Shown: in pieces, positions 11,132 through 24,831 of the stretch
How the letters are laid out: each line of letters starts with the position of its first letter
Numbering within the stretch: the stretch's first letter is position 1
NCBI GenBank assembly: GCA_905178155.1
Contig: CAJINV010000001.1
Span: 2,594,089-2,658,088 of the forward strand
Source: Amoebophrya sp. A120
Taxonomy: Eukaryota; Protista; Dinoflagellata
Reading direction: 5' to 3'
Length of the DNA stretch: 64,000 bases
The notes under the pieces: generated by a model
What the model was told of the DNA's origin: nothing
What the model saw: the letters and a program-made list of their open reading frames with translations, nothing else
The model's database searches: none
Translations under genes and position numbers: made by a program

Positions 11132-12571
11132 ATGCGCTTTTCTTCCTTCGTCGCTGCTTCTGCTCTGTGCAGAAGCGGTTCATTCGTGGCTGCTGCGGAA
11201 CCTGCACTGAAAATTGAGAAGAACGTCGTGGACGAGTCCGCTGCAGTTGCAACCGACCAGAAGATGGTGCCTGGAAATGACTTTACGGTCTCGCTCGCGA
11301 AATGGCTGGGGGTGGACGAAAGTGTGGTCCTAGAACGAGCGACCGCTTCACCGGAGTTCGAAAAGAAGTTTCTGCGAAGGAACGGAGAAACATCACCAAA
11401 TTCATCAGCCAAAGAGCCACATGATGAGAGAGACGGTAACAGAAGTACTTCTAATTCTATCGACACCGCACCAGTCTTTGTCCCCCCGAAATATGAACTT
11501 ATCGACCTTCTTTCCGAGTACAAGAAAAACAATCCAGAAAAGCATGAACAGCAAAGACTTTCCGGGAACACACCGGTGGTGTTCATGCACGGCATGGGCG
11601 ACGCGGGGTACAATCCGGGGATGCAACACCTGTGCAAAACCACCGCGGAGAAATACAACACCTACGTCCTTTGCCTCGACGTCGCCGACGGTTTTTCCTC
11701 CATCACGACCAAAATGGACGACCAGCTGCTCGCCTTCGCGGACACCGTGTTGAAGGATAGCAACCTGAGCGACGGGTTCAGCCTGATGGGGAACTCGCAA
11801 GGCGGACTCCTGTCCCGCGCCTTCATCGAGCGCTTCAACAATCCGGTGGTGAAGCGGTTCGTGTCTCTGTCCGGCACGCAGAACGGGATCTCCACCTGTC
11901 CGACTTCGCTCTCCTGGGTTTGTCCGATCTACACACACGTCGTCGATCCGTACAACTCGCCGCTCGTTTTCGCGGACTACTGGAAAGACCCGCTCGACGA
12001 GAGGAAATATTTGAAGGAGAGCCGGTTTCTGGCGGATATCGGCAACGACCGGGAGAAGAAAAACGTCAATTACGCGGCGAACATGAAGAAGCTGGAAAAG
12101 TACGTGATGATCGAAACCACAAAAGATTCCATGGTGTTACCGCACGAGAGCGAAGCGCACGGCTACTACGCCTGGGGCGGACGGGAAAAAGTGGAGGAGT
12201 TGCGGGAGACCGTGGCGTATAAGGAGGACTGGTATCTATCATGATGAAACGGCCTTTTAATTCAAGTATGTTGACAGTTCCTAAACTTTGAATCAGCGAA
12301 TCGATGTCTTCGGCGTTGAGGCAAGAGGTGGTTCTTTCATGCTGTGTGTTAGGGAGTCCTCGTGTGGAAATCGTAGATACCCAAACAAAAAAAAATCAGG
12401 ATCGGGCTCCGCACTCTGGATGAAGCAGGTAAGCTCGTGCATTTGAAGTATCCCGGCGATCACATGCGGATTCCGCATGACATGCTGTACGACGAAGTAC
12501 TACCGATTCTAGTGGGTAAAGAGGGCAACAAGCGATCTTCGCAAGCGCCGTCTGTAGAAGTGTATCAATAG
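11132..12571 (+). CDS. PPT1: Palmitoyl-protein thioesterase (PPT1 family, alpha/beta hydrolase)
   Basis: Signal peptide; PVVFMHGMGD; nucleophile GNSQGG; KDSMV Asp; after GT-AG intron 12232-12399 DWIGLRTLDEAGKL...GDHM catalytic His; stop 12569-12571. Confidence 0.9.
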
Positions 12572-13038
12572 GGAACCACCTCAACATTTGAAGAGAAGAC
12601 AGTGACGGAGAAAAATTTTGCACATCTATTGTTTTTCAAAGATATGCTCAGCAAACAGAAGAAAAGCCGTTCATGCATAATGGTTCGTTTCGCGTCTGCT
12701 AGCGCGCACTGATCGAGGTGACTTGACGGATGTTCTCGAGGCAGGTTCTTGTTTGTCCTTTCCTTTGCGATCTGGAATTAAGTAAAAATGGATTTTGTTT
12801 CCGTGTCACGTTTCAGAAGATCTCAGATTCCACTGCGATCCCCCGTTTCGGCATGAAAAGTGCGCGCGTCATTTCGTTGGGTCAACTTGTTCTTTTTTCT
12901 CCTTTTTGTGCATTGTTCAATGCGATCGCACTGCACTTGAATCTTGTTTTTGACGTTTTGCGATTTTATGATCCGCCGCAAGAACAGAAGTGAAGGTGGT
13001 GCTGTCGGAGCCAAATAAAGCGTGAAGAACATCACAAG

Positions 13039-16000
13039 ATGAAGCAAACGGCCACGCGGGTTTTGATCAAACACCCGACCAGACGAGCTGTGCGGTCCTA
13101 CTTCGGCCGCCGCTTTTCTAGCAGTGCCGCGGGTGCGACGCCGGCGCCTGGCGGGGGAGCTGCGTCAATATATCCGCCGGCTCCGGCAAGTTCCTCGTCG
13201 TCGTCCTCGTCCTGGGCGGGAGGTCACGCGGTAACAGGTACTACAATTCCAAGCCAACTGCACCCGAGCGCTTCAACTACAAGCACCGTCGGCACAAGCA
13301 GTAGCAGCACGGCTCCGCGCGTCTTCAATTCGGCCCTGCGACGACAGCAAACACTAGAGCAGTCACCGCCAGAAGTCGAGGAAGGCAACAGCTCGCTCGG
13401 CGCTGCTACCGACAACACGCGGACGATACCGGCAGTCGCTCCGAGTTCGCCGAGCAGCAAAAGCTGTGTTCCGACAACGACGCATGCGATGATTGACGGC
13501 GACACGCAGCAGCTTTACGAGCAGCTGGATGAAGTGCGAAGACAGCGGTCCGTCGCGATACCAACGCTGCGCGCCTGGGTGCTGGAGCGCGGAGCTGCGC
13601 AGGTTCATGACTTGCTACAGGACTACTTCGTTGACCACAAAAAGCACGACGTGATCGCAATCCAACAGGCTGTAGTACCCAGCTCGCGGCAGGGCTCACG
13701 TGCCGCGGCGGACACCGCGAAGGATTCTGCTGGTGTGGCAGCTACAAGTGCAGGAGAATCTTCCTTCGCCTCGGGGTGCTTGTCCTCGGTGATGCAAGTA
13801 ACAAGTCGCGGAACAACAAGTTGTGACACAGCAGTTGTTCGAGTCCCCGAGGAGTTTTACGCTGAGCTGGAACTCCTCGACCGGTTCCTCCTTGCGAATT
13901 TCTCCATGCTGATCGAGGACATTCCCGTGGCGCGGCTGCACGAAGTTTTGCACGACACCGAATTGAGCTGCGACCAGTGCTATCAAATGCAAAAATGTCT
14001 GGGTCTGGAAAAATGCAACTTGTGATGCTGCATTTGGATGTCTACAAAATTTGTGTTGCATAAGCAGCAAAAGGATTCTGATTTTTGCTACGCGTGGAGG
14101 GCATTTGTCATGCCGAATAGGCATCAAGAATCCCTCAAAAAACCTGTGATGCTAGGGCATGCATCACAGACATCATGGCTCATGCAAACCGTGCATGACA
14201 AGTCTCAGAATCTTCCAGACCCAGACACTTTTGCGTTTGATAAGTGCGTGGGCTGCACAGTTGGCACGAGTGAGGTCCGAAACTTTTTCAACCAGCACGT
14301 CTCTTTGTCCACCCCGACTTCATCTCGGAATCAACAGATAGCTCTACTAGACGGGCGGGAAAAGCCAATGCCAACATCTTCTTGCGTCGTGGTTCACAGA
14401 GACTACCATCCGCCCTTCGGCGCGGTGATGCAGAGCGGCATGCACGTGTCGAAGGTGAAAACCAAGACGATGGGCAAAGCAAACAAACCAGTAGTCCAGG
14501 AGTGGGCGGCGAAAGATTTCGTGGAGAAAATTTTGCCCGCAATGGCACCGTCATCCACGGCCAGAAAAAGTTCGGAGCAGGAGCAAAAGTGGGTCGTTTT
14601 GTGCCACACGAAGATACAGGGTTTGCGGGAAGAGCTTTACGCAGGCAGAAAAAGCCCGGTGCTGGCGGAGAAGTTTTGTAATATCGCAGATCGGCTGCAC
14701 GAGGACCGTAAGAGAAGTAAAAGAGCAGTAGAACTACAGCCGGAACAAGATCATGACAACTCACGACCTGTGCAACATTTCATCGACACCTCCCCCATCC
14801 GCCGGGAGTTCGTGATCGAGCGGCAGGCCCAAATCCAGGCGACGCACGAGTTCGAAGAGATGCAGGAGCAATTGCACAAGTACGACACTCTAGCCGATGT
14901 CGGCGAGTGCAAGAAGATCTGGCTCCGCTGGGTTTCGGAGTTGTCGAGGAAGATCGAGTATGGATTGCAAATATGTCTGGGCCTGGAGGAATACAAACTT
15001 GTGATGCGCATTTCAGAACACGACAGAAAAATCTCTCGTGCATAGGTAGCAAAAGCTGCCCCCTTTCTGTCACCAAAGGTGGGGATTTGTCATGCGGATT
15101 CCGCATTGCGGCAGCTTCTCGAAGCCTGTGATGCTAGAGCTTCCATGCCAGACCTTCTGTGTCATGCAAAAACGGCATGACTCTTCCAGAGATCCAGACC
15201 CAGACATTTTTGCATTTGATATCGAGAGGATCCGCTTCGAACCCACCGTGGAGGAACAGAAGACCGTTCTGTCTGCGAAGGTTCCTTCTTATCTGCCCTC
15301 CGATCTCCTCGCGGTCACTACCTGCCGCACCGCGTTCTCGGTTTTGTACCAGCCACGGAACTAGGCATCGCAAATATGATATCTGGGTCTGAAAGACTGT
15401 AATGCTGGTCTCACAACTTTCCTGCGAAATTTGTATTGCATGGGCAGCAAAAGTCGGAGTCTCTTTTGTCATTACAGAAACACAGACTCTCATGCGGGCT
15501 TCGTATGAGAAAGCATTCTGGAAAGTTGTCAGGCTTTCCTGGATTGTTTCCGACCCAGACATATTGAATTTTGCATTTGATAGGAAGAATAAAGACAAGG
15601 ACGCACTTACGGACATCATCGGGCAGCAGTATCCTGTGAAGAAACGTCCCCACCTTATAGTTGTCATGCAGATTTGCATGGTCAAAATGTTTCCCATGCG
15701 GAGCCCCATGAGAAGCGTTTTCCAATGGCGTTTTGGGATTTGTGATGCTCCAATCAGCATTCTATTCTAGATCTGTGATGCGGCTGAACAAGCTAAGCAG
15801 GATGACACTACGAGGCCAGACTTGTCATGCGCAACAGCCAAAGCTGGCCGATTTGTGTAGCAGGTTCCCCATCTTGATTATGGGATGGGGACGTGTTCAC
15901 TCTGGATAAGCAGCAGAACAACTTCAACAACTCCAGCGCCCTCACCGAAGAGGAGGCAGATTTGAAGCAAATTAACGAATCAGTGGCCGCTGCTGCCAGG

Positions 16001-19000
16001 AAGAAAAACCAGAATAGTGGTATATCTCCCGATCAACTGTACTCCTCCTTCTCCGACTCTGGCCCGAACAAGGAGGCGAAGGTCGGCGGGTGCAAGGTGA
16101 AAGTGGTGACGCAGTCCAGGGACGTGCTGGCGGTGCCCTTCGCGGACATTTGCTCGAAGATCGGTGATGCGATAAATTTTGAGTACAACTGCTACCGTGT
16201 GAACCAGACAAAGAAAACCGGACTGTTGACAAGTAACGCGACGTCGAACAACAGTGCCGAGGATGAGGAAGTAGAAGGCGATGTTGATCATACAACAGGA
16301 GCAATGGGTGCAGGCACCACAACAAACCCACCAGCGGTATCGGAGGAGGACACGAAACACATGCGGAAATTGCGGAACGCGGCGGCGTATGGATTGCAAA
16401 TTTGTCTGGGTCTGGGAAGTTGTGATGCAGCCAGGTCTACGATTGCTTGACGCTCTTGAATATGCAGCCACGCATGACAAATTTTTGAGCTGCTATGTGT
16501 TGCGTATCCCGCATGGCCAGTTGCGTTTTTACATGACAGGCAAGAGGTGCTCTTCCTAGTCATGCATCACAGATTTAAGAGGCATGCCAGACAAGCATGA
16601 CAAACTTGCCCCCAAGCAGACCCAGACCGATTTGCATTCGATACGGTGGCGGAGCAGCAGAACCGGGCGGTGTTTGCGTCGATTGACGCGGAGGATTTGC
16701 AAGAGTATCAGACAAGCAAAAGCTAGCAGGTCACATTTGATATGCAAAAATCGCATTGCCAGAAATCGAAATGAAAAACAAAAAGTTCTTCTGCCTTGGG
16801 CGAGCCCAAAGCATGTTGTTTGAGATATGCAAGAGAAAGTTTTTTTTCGCATCACAAATGTGTATGGCAATGTCGGTGCGGTTGTTTTAGCATCACAAAT
16901 GTCGTGCATTTTCGCATTACAAATGTGCCCTGCTAGTTTTTTTTCTGTTCCATAAGGAACAGGAGCTGAAACAAGTGCAGGACGACTTCGCGAAAGAGAC
17001 GAAGTTGACGCAGCGGAAGCTGTACTTATCAAATGTAAAAATGTCTGGGTCTGGAAACTTGTGATGCTGCGTTGGGAATAGTGAATGCTCTGGAATGCAC
17101 AGGCAAGCATGAGAAGTATCTGCGCTTCTTTGTGCGGCGTTTTTCGCATGACAAGCAAAAGGGTCTCTTCTTGGACACGCATCGCAAACTTTTTGGTCAT
17201 GCCAGACAAGCATGGTATCGATGGAGGGCGGGACCTGCACCGGCGACAGGCGCTATCCAACCAACCAACCAACCAACCAAGTCTCAGAATCTTCCAGACC
17301 CAGACATTTTTGCACTTGATAGTACTACGAGAAGATCAAAATGCTGGAAGACCCGGTGTGGGACCGGTACACGGTCCGGGTGCCCCTCGGGGCGGAGCTC
17401 TGCCATTTGCTCCTCGAGTGCTGTCCGGTGGAGTGCGACTACGAAGACGCCAAGCACCTGCTTTCCGCCGAGCAGCAGCAGGCCTGGGAACAAAAGAAGC
17501 GGGACGGAAAAATGGACGAGAAAGGTACAGAAACCACTCGCGGCGGCGGCGGCGGCGGCGTTGCAGGAGCTTCAGGAGGAGCTCCTTCTTCTTTTCAGCA
17601 GTCCGATCGCGAGCTCGGACTAGCATCTTCTTCCGCGGGGGGAGTAACAAGTGGCACGTTTGACGAGGCAGGAGCAAACAATCGAGAAGCCCTTGTTCCC
17701 TACGATGAGATGCACCACAGCAGTGACAACTTCGACCGCGTAGAAATCAACGCGTTGTACCACCGGCTGATTTGGCAGTCGCAGAACAAGATGCAGGGGC
17801 AGATTGTGATGCGCGAGATCTGTCGGCAGCAGTTGGAGGAGGCAAATTTTCCGCAAACGATTCGGCCCGTGAACCCGCCGATGATCTGCAAACCGCTGCC
17901 CTGGCTCGGCCCCCGGAAGGGGTGCTACTACCTGCACTCCGTCCGGCTGATTCGCCCCACCGGGTCCCAGAAAACCATGGACGACGCGAAGGTGTACGAC
18001 ATGACCAAAGTACAGAAAGCCATGGACTATCAAATGCAAAAATGTCTGGGTCTGGAAGAGTTGGAACTTGTCATGCGAATTCTGGAATAGGCAAAAATTT
18101 GTATTGCATAAGCACCAACAGCTTCCCATTTCTTGCTACGCAAATAGGGAATTTCTCATGCGGGATAGACATCAGGAGGCCTGCGCAAAACCTGTAATGC
18201 TTTTGCGTGCAACATTATAGACCAGTTGCGTGATCCAGAAGATGCATGACAAACTCCTGCAATCTTCCAGACCCAGACATTTTTGCATTTGATATGGACG
18301 TGCTGTCGCAGGTCGCGTGGCGCGTGAACAAAAAGGTGTTCGACGTCATGAGCGAAGTGTGGGATATCAAATGCAAAAGTGTCTGGGTCTGGAAGGTCCA
18401 GACTTGTCATGCTAAAGCTGCATCATGCAGAAAATCTGTGTTGCGTGATTACCAACAGCCATCCTTTTTTACCAAGGTGAGAGGGAATTTGTCATGCAGG
18501 ACTGGCATGATAGATGTCTCACTGAATTTGTCATGCTAGGTGCTGCATTCTAAACCTTATGAGCCACAGAAAACCTGCATGAAAAACCTGGCAATCTTCC
18601 AGACCCAGACATTTTTGCAATTCATATGGGAGAAGGATTTGCAACTGGCGAAAATTCCGCCGCGGGAGAACGTCCCGCTGTCCGAGCTTTTCAAATCGGC
18701 GGAACAGCTGAAAGGCATGGGGCCCGAGGCGCTGAAACTGCACCTATTGCAGATCCAGCAGGCCAAGCGGAAGAACGCGCAGCTGGTGTCCGAACGGCCC
18801 ACCTTTTTGCTCCGGTTGAACGCGGCGAGAGAGTACTACTTTGCGGACCAGGTTTTCTTCCCGCATTCCATCGACTTCCGCGGCCGCGTATGCATTGCAA
18901 AAATGTCTGGGTCTGGAAACTTGTGATGCTAGCATGTGGATGATGGAAACAGTTCCGAATGCAACACAGCACGACAACTTCTCAGAACACTTTCTCATAG

Positions 19001-21130
19001 GAAATCCGCATGAGAAACTGCGTTTTTGCATGTACAAAAGTGGCTGCGACTTGTGTTGGCTATGCAATACGGATTGCCTAGGTATGGAGAGCTGGCATTA
19101 CAAGTTCCAACCTTCCAGACCCAGACATATTTGCAGTGGATACCGTGCCTACCCGATCCCCCCGCACTGGAACCACCAGGGGCCGGACGTCTGCCGGGGC
19201 CTGCTGGAGTTCGCGGAGGCGAAACGGCTGGGGGAACGCGGGTGGTATTGGCTGAAGATCGCCACGGCAAACTTGTACGGAAAGGACAAGCTTTCCTTGG
19301 AGAAACGGGTCGAGTGGGCGGAGGAGAACATGGACAGAATTTGCAAAACAGCCAGGGACCCCTTCGCTGACGAGGAAGCCGTGCAGTTTTGGAGCACAGT
19401 ACTAGAGACGTTACGCTTTGCTTTATCTTTTATCTGGGTAGTGGCAATATGACATCATAGAGATCGACTGCCTGAGTCAAAACTTATATGTGAAATTTTA
19501 TCTGTTTTTCTAAAATGCTATCACACAGGCCGCGGACGGTGCGTGGCAGTTTCTGGCGAAGTGTTTCGAGGTGGAAGCCGCAAGAAGTTGCCCCGAGGGT
19601 CCGACCAACTACCTCTCCCATACGCCCGTTTTCCAGGACGGCAGCTGCAACGGCCTGCAGCACTACGCCGCTCTGGGCCGGGACAAGCGGGGCGGCGCGG
19701 CGGTGAACCTGTTACCGTCGGAGGTCCCGCAGGACGTGTACACCATCGTGCTCGAGGAGTGCATCCACCGCGTGAACGCCGACACGCACAACAACGAGCA
19801 GGCCCAGCTTTGCGTGCAGCACGAGGTGCTAAAACGATCCACCGTGAAACAAACGGTCATGACGATCTGCTACGGAGTCACGATTCTCGGTGCGACCGAA
19901 CAGGTGCGGGGCAAACTCCGGGACCTTCTCGGCTCCAAGGTGGACGAAGCGACCCTGCGGAAGATGGCACAGTACCTAGCGCTATCCTGTGTAAAAACGT
20001 CCTCATCCCATAGTCAAGTTGGGAACTTAGCAGCACAAATCTAAAAGTTTGGGGAGCGACGTATGACAAGTTGCAGCCCGTAGTGTAGCGCAGGTTCGTA
20101 AGGACAACCGCATCACAAATCCATCTGCTCTTCCTGTTTCCAGCATTACAAATTGCAAAAGACAACTAGAAATGCCTCTCATGGGGACCCGCATTACAAA
20201 TGTTTCTGTAGATGCAAATCTGCATGGCAACCCTGGGGCGGGGACGTTTTTTTTTCAGGATAAGCGCGGAGGATTCTCCAGTCCGTGGACCAGGTGTTCG
20301 ACCGCGCCATGCGCATCAAAAAGTGGTTTATCAAAATGAAAAGTCCCCCCTCCCCATATCAACATGGGGAATGATTTGTAACCACAAATCATGTTGTCAT
20401 GCTAGAAGGCAAAAGATGCGGACTGTCGTGCTGGCTAGCGTGGGAAGGCCTTGCATCTTCAGCATTACAGGAGGCAACTGGAAGTGGAAAACAGCATGAC
20501 AAATTTTCAGCAATTCAGGCCACGGCTGCTTCTCTTGGCCGTCTAGCAATACAGGTCGATTTGTGTACGCAGATCCAGCGTCACAGATGTCCTTTTCAAT
20601 ATGGGGAGGGGAGATTTTTCCTTGCGATATGGCTCGACGCGGTCTCCGTGGTGTTTTCCGACGTGAACCTGCCGTGTTGTTGGATGACGCCGTTTGGCTT
20701 GTCCGTGTCCCAGCCCTACTACGTGCAGTCGAAGCAGACCGTCAGAACGGGGCTTCAGTCCGTGACCCTGTGCAACGATTCCAGCAGCGAAGTCGACGGG
20801 CGGCACCAGAAGTGCGGGTTTCCGCCGAATTACGTACACTCCCTGGACGCGGCACACATGATGATGGTGGCGACGAAGATGCACGAAGCAAACATGGACT
20901 TCGCGATGGTGCACGACTCGTTTTGGACGCACGCGTGCAACGTCGACTTTATGAATTTCCACATCCGGGACAGCTTCATCGAACTCCACAACCAGCCGCT
21001 TTTACAGGACCTGGAACGGGATTATTGTCTCATGCTCGGGGCCATGCGCGACCGCTTACCGGTGCTGCCGCCACGGGAAGAGGATCTGGATCTGGAGAAA
21101 GTGCGCGAAAGCTTGTACTTCTTCGACTAG
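13039..21130 (+). CDS. RPOT: Mitochondrial single-subunit (T3/T7-like) DNA-directed RNA polymerase, ~1570 aa, 14 exons
   Basis: DFRGRAYP, QDGSCNGLQHYAA (motif A), RSTVKQTVMTICYG (motif B), PNYVHSLD, VHDSFWTH (motif C), C-terminal YFFD. R/S-rich transit-like N-terminus. Exons sum to 4713 nt after removing 12 introners and GT-AG intron 19399-19528. Confidence 0.95.
13981..14242. mobile_element. Introner, family A
   Basis: TIR; TSD agtgc/agtgc. Confidence 0.92.
14959..15221. mobile_element. Introner, family A (same subfamily as 29188 and 59264)
   Basis: TIR; TSD tcgag/tcgag. Confidence 0.92.
15362..15582. mobile_element. Introner, family A, degenerate
   Basis: TAG...ATA ends with eroded TIR; TSD ggaac/ggaag. 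Confidence 0.85.
15630..15908. mobile_element. Introner, family B (inverted relative to 19983 copy)
   Basis: TIR; TSD agcag/agcag. Confidence 0.9.
16388..16643. mobile_element. Introner, family A
   Basis: TIR; TSD cggcg/cggtg. Confidence 0.88.
16706..16954. mobile_element. Introner, family C, degenerate
   Basis: AAAAGCTAGCAGG...CCTGCTAGTTTT TIR remnant; TSD aagag/aggaa; frame restored. Confidence 0.8.
17027..17321. mobile_element. Introner, family A, chimeric with (CCAA)n filler
   Basis: TIR; TSD gtact/gtact. Confidence 0.9.
18028..18294. mobile_element. Introner, family A
   Basis: Perfect TIR; TSD tggac/tggac. Confidence 0.93.
18365..18626. mobile_element. Introner, family A
   Basis: TIR; TSD tggga/tggga. 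Confidence 0.92.
18889..19142. mobile_element. Introner, family A, inside DFRGR|AYP motif
   Basis: TIR; TSD ccgcg/ccgtg. Confidence 0.92.
19983..20262. mobile_element. Introner, family B
   Basis: TIR; TSD agcgc/agcgc. Confidence 0.92.
20329..20629. mobile_element. Introner, family D (TIR with CCCCTCCCCATAT)
   Basis: TIR; TSD tggtt/tggct. Confidence 0.9.
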
Positions 21131-21974
21131 GTGGTCGGGGTGCTGGCAGAGTCGAGTCGCATGGTAGTAGTTGAAGAGTGGAAGATGTACTTAGCAAGTT
21201 CATCACGAAGAACTATTCAAGATGATAGATTGACGAGGAACCTCCTACAAAAGGACAACAACAAAATCTAGCGACATTTCAACATTTGGACACATCTAAC
21301 GACACTTATTTTGACGTTTCGTCTCGCTCTCGCAAAGTTTGAATGTATATGCCCATGCGTGTCTCAGCTTATTCAGTTGTCTGTTGTCATGTGCTGCAAG
21401 TAGTACTACACGCATTAAAAAGTGCGGAGTTGTCAAGGTTGCTCTTGCCCGGTGTTGGCCAGTCGTGGTCGTCAAAAAGCAAGTCGTGTTCAAGAAATCA
21501 ATAAGTAACTCGTCGCTCCTCCCTAGGCCGGGGACACAGAGCAAGAAAATTTATCTGTTTACAGAGTCTCTCGTCTTTCATCTCTCTCCTCTACTCAACA
21601 AACTTAGCGAGAAATAAATTCTCATCTACATCATTCGAATCTCTGTTGTCTGCTAAACGCAAAACATCATGCTACATGTCTTTCTCTCTGCTCGGAACCG
21701 CAAACTGCCGACGTTTTATTTCCTCTTGCTTCTTGGAAGTTTTTTCTTCTACAACCCTGCTAGTACTGCCGCCAACGCTGAGATCATCCACACTGTACAC
21801 ACCGCGACGCAGCACATCACCGGCGCGAAACCACTGCAGTTTTTGTCGCAGCGACGCGGAGCGGTGGAGCGGGTGGTAATTCTCGTGGTCCTTTACAACC
21901 TGTAAAAGACCGGCACAGATGATTGTTTGCAAGAATGAATTTCGAAAAGTTTTCCGATTTCACATTCACCGCAG

Positions 21975-23491
21975 GTAGAGAAGTTTATCCGTGATACGTA
22001 CGGCGTAAGTGGTGCGACTGGAGGGTCTGCGGAAGAAAGCGCATCAGGAATAAACGAGGAAGTACCTCCAAATCAAGAGGAAAGTGCAAATGCGGTCGAC
22101 ACGCTGCTGCAGCAGGCACCATCCCCGGAGACGATGCGATCGGTAGTTGAATTCTTTTTTGGGGGTTCTTACATCTGACTCTGAGGCTCACAGTCAATAC
22201 TGACCCTTCCGTACTACACAGGCACGCAATTCTTGATCCTCAAGGGGGCACAGCGACGGTGACTTTGCCTCGCGTCAAAAGGACCGTACTCGATTCGAAA
22301 TCTTTCTGACAGGCGCTTCTGTACTCGGTTGTGATCTACCTGGGCCTGCTGACCGTGATGAGTATCCTGTATTTTTCTTCCTCACAAGGGGTGGATGACA
22401 CAGACTTCATCGTATATCAAAAAGAGAAACCCCTTCCCCATATTGAAAAGGAAATTTCTGTTGCTGGATTTGTGTACACAGACTAGCTCTGTCTTGCAGT
22501 GAGGTACCACTGCAGGCAAAGCCTCAGCCTGCGTAGGGGTGTTTTGGTGTAGGTGCTTAGCATAGCAGAGGCCTGCCGTATAGGCGCAACAGCATGACAA
22601 ACCGCCTCCATAAGGCGTCGCACTCTTTGGATTTGTCCTCTTGCAAGAGAGACAGGATTGGTGGCCACAAACCAGCATCACAAATTTTTAGAAGCGTACC
22701 CCTTTAGTATGGAGAGGGGGGATTTTTCCTCACAATATCGCACCAGGCGGGTTCAGCGACGAGATTTACGACTGCTTTGCACAACCCAATGTCTGCGTGG
22801 CAAGCTTCGTATAAATATCTTTTGCGGTTCAGTTATTTTTCACAGATGAACACAGCCAGACGTTGTAAAACAGCGTAAGTAAGTTATAAGACAGATTGAT
22901 GATGGCGCAATGTGATTGTCATGCTCATGCTTTCGCTTTGCATGACGTTCGTCGCAGATAATACCCACTACAAAAAAAGTGCTGTCCGTTCGCGCGCTGG
23001 AGTGATACCGTGAGCCAAGCAGATTTGCTGCCCTTCAACGTCGGGCTGGCACTGTGGATTCTGGCAGGACTGATCGACTTGGCATGGTTCTTTCCCGCAG
23101 GTGAGTACGCTCGAGTACTTTTGGATTTATTGAAAGAACACATTTTTGCCTGGAGACTCGCATGGTAAAGATTTTTGTAGATACGAGAACTTCTCGTTCT
23201 GCTTCAACAAAGTACTTTCTTATTGTCAAAAAAGGTTTTCTCATCCTGGTCGTCCTGGGTTCCTATCACCGGATGCGACTGCGACGGGTCTACAAGTTGC
23301 CCACGCAAAACGTTTCGGACGTGTTGTCCTACCTTTTCTGCATGCCCTGCGCGATCGCGCAGGAGGCAAGACACGCGGAGAGGGTGCGCTCCATCGCGGA
23401 GGCGGTGCAGAACGGGCCGAGGACGCACTTCAACAATGTTTCGAAACCGCGAATGCAGCAGCCAGCCGACGCGATTCCGAAGCAGCGCTAG
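21975..23491 (+). CDS. PLAC8-family Cys-rich membrane protein (5' start not resolved)
   Basis: Spliced FSDEIYDCFAQPNVCVASFCCPFARW ... RMRLRRVYKLP..DVLSYLFCMPCAIAQEAR matches the PLAC8 pattern; upstream TM exon ALLYSVVIYLGLLTVMSILYF. Confidence 0.75.
22415..22737. mobile_element. Introner, family D
   Basis: TIR; TSD tcgta/tcgca; DFI|APG. Confidence 0.88.
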
Positions 23492-24831
23492 AAGTAGACG
23501 TGGTGGTCGTCGTGGGCTGCTTTATTCTCTTTCAGAATGGGACGGACCAAGACACTGCGAGAACTACAAAAGGTCCACTGCAGAGAAAATCCATTCCCGC
23601 CGTTGTAAATGAACCACAAGGAAGTGATCAACGAGCATAGATCAGGATGCCGCGTTGACGCAGACTCGATGCGTGAGGGGATGTGAGAGCCGCCGCCCGC
23701 ATACGGATTCGTAAGTAGTACCCGTAGAGCAGGGATAACAGAAAATGCAACCGCTTCATGAAAGCACGTATAGGTGTGTTTTTGAATGTACATAGAAGAC
23801 GAGATTATATATCTATGATAACACGGGCCATGTACAACTACACACAATAAACGAACCACCTATATTTTTTTGCTTTTTCTGTTTTTGCGTTGTTTGCGGC
23901 TTTTTTGTAAATGGCAGTCTTGAGAAGTACTGACTGCGCGACCTGTGCGCATATCGATGAACATAACATGTCGAAGAATCTTCCTTCGCTATCTGCGCAC
24001 CCTCGTGCAGGACGCTGTCTAATAAATCAATAGCCACACCATGATCTTCGTTTTCTGATGATTCCTTTGATACTAACAGAAGGCCACGCGGCACTCTGAG
24101 TGTCACAACGCGGTAGTTAGCGATTCGTAGCAGGAAAAAGAAACACATGAACTTGGCATTTTTCTCAACACTTCACGACAACTTCTGTCACTACAACTGC
24201 TGCTCTACTGGAAAAAAGTCGAGCGAACGCGGCCGCCTGCACTGTAAGGACAGTTGCGCGCGGCGTTCTTTGGACACCTTTCCTAGAAGGCAGGAGCAAT
24301 TTCATCCAATCCTCAACACTTCTGCTGTGCTGAAGCTGCTGTGTCTGAGAACACGCGCGAGGGACTAAGGTAAAGTTCTCGTCGCAGCCCTGTATGCCTG
24401 CGATGCGGAGTTCTCTTTCGATTATACTCGTTTGGTTTAGTACAATGAATCATTCTCAAGTTCAATGATCTGTTTCCAGCAGCCGCTCCTGAATCTGATT
24501 TCACGCCGCGATTAAAGGTCTCCTCGGAGTTCTACTTTATAGTTGCCACGGATCTTCATTTTGTTTTTCTTTGACTCGAGCCAGTGCCAGATTTTGATGG
24601 GCACCCAAGCAGTAAATGTCGCCCGAAGCTGCAATGTCGGAAGTGCTTGAATCTTCACCCACCAGGGCACCAACCACATTGGCGATAATCAATTTTATGG
24701 AGTAGAAGCCCTAGTTTAAAAGACCCTGTTTATCTTTTCTATTTCGCTTCCCGATGAAGCCTGCGCATTCAACTCGTCCCGTTTTAGAGGTGCTTCTTGC
24801 GTAATTATCAAAGTAGGATATCACAGGCAAA

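Noticed and set aside
13039-21130. T7-like polymerase as a prophage gene, or as a pseudogene broken by transposons
   Set aside because: It has a transit-like N-terminus, a GT-AG intron and no phage neighbours, and the frame and catalytic motifs are intact after element removal.
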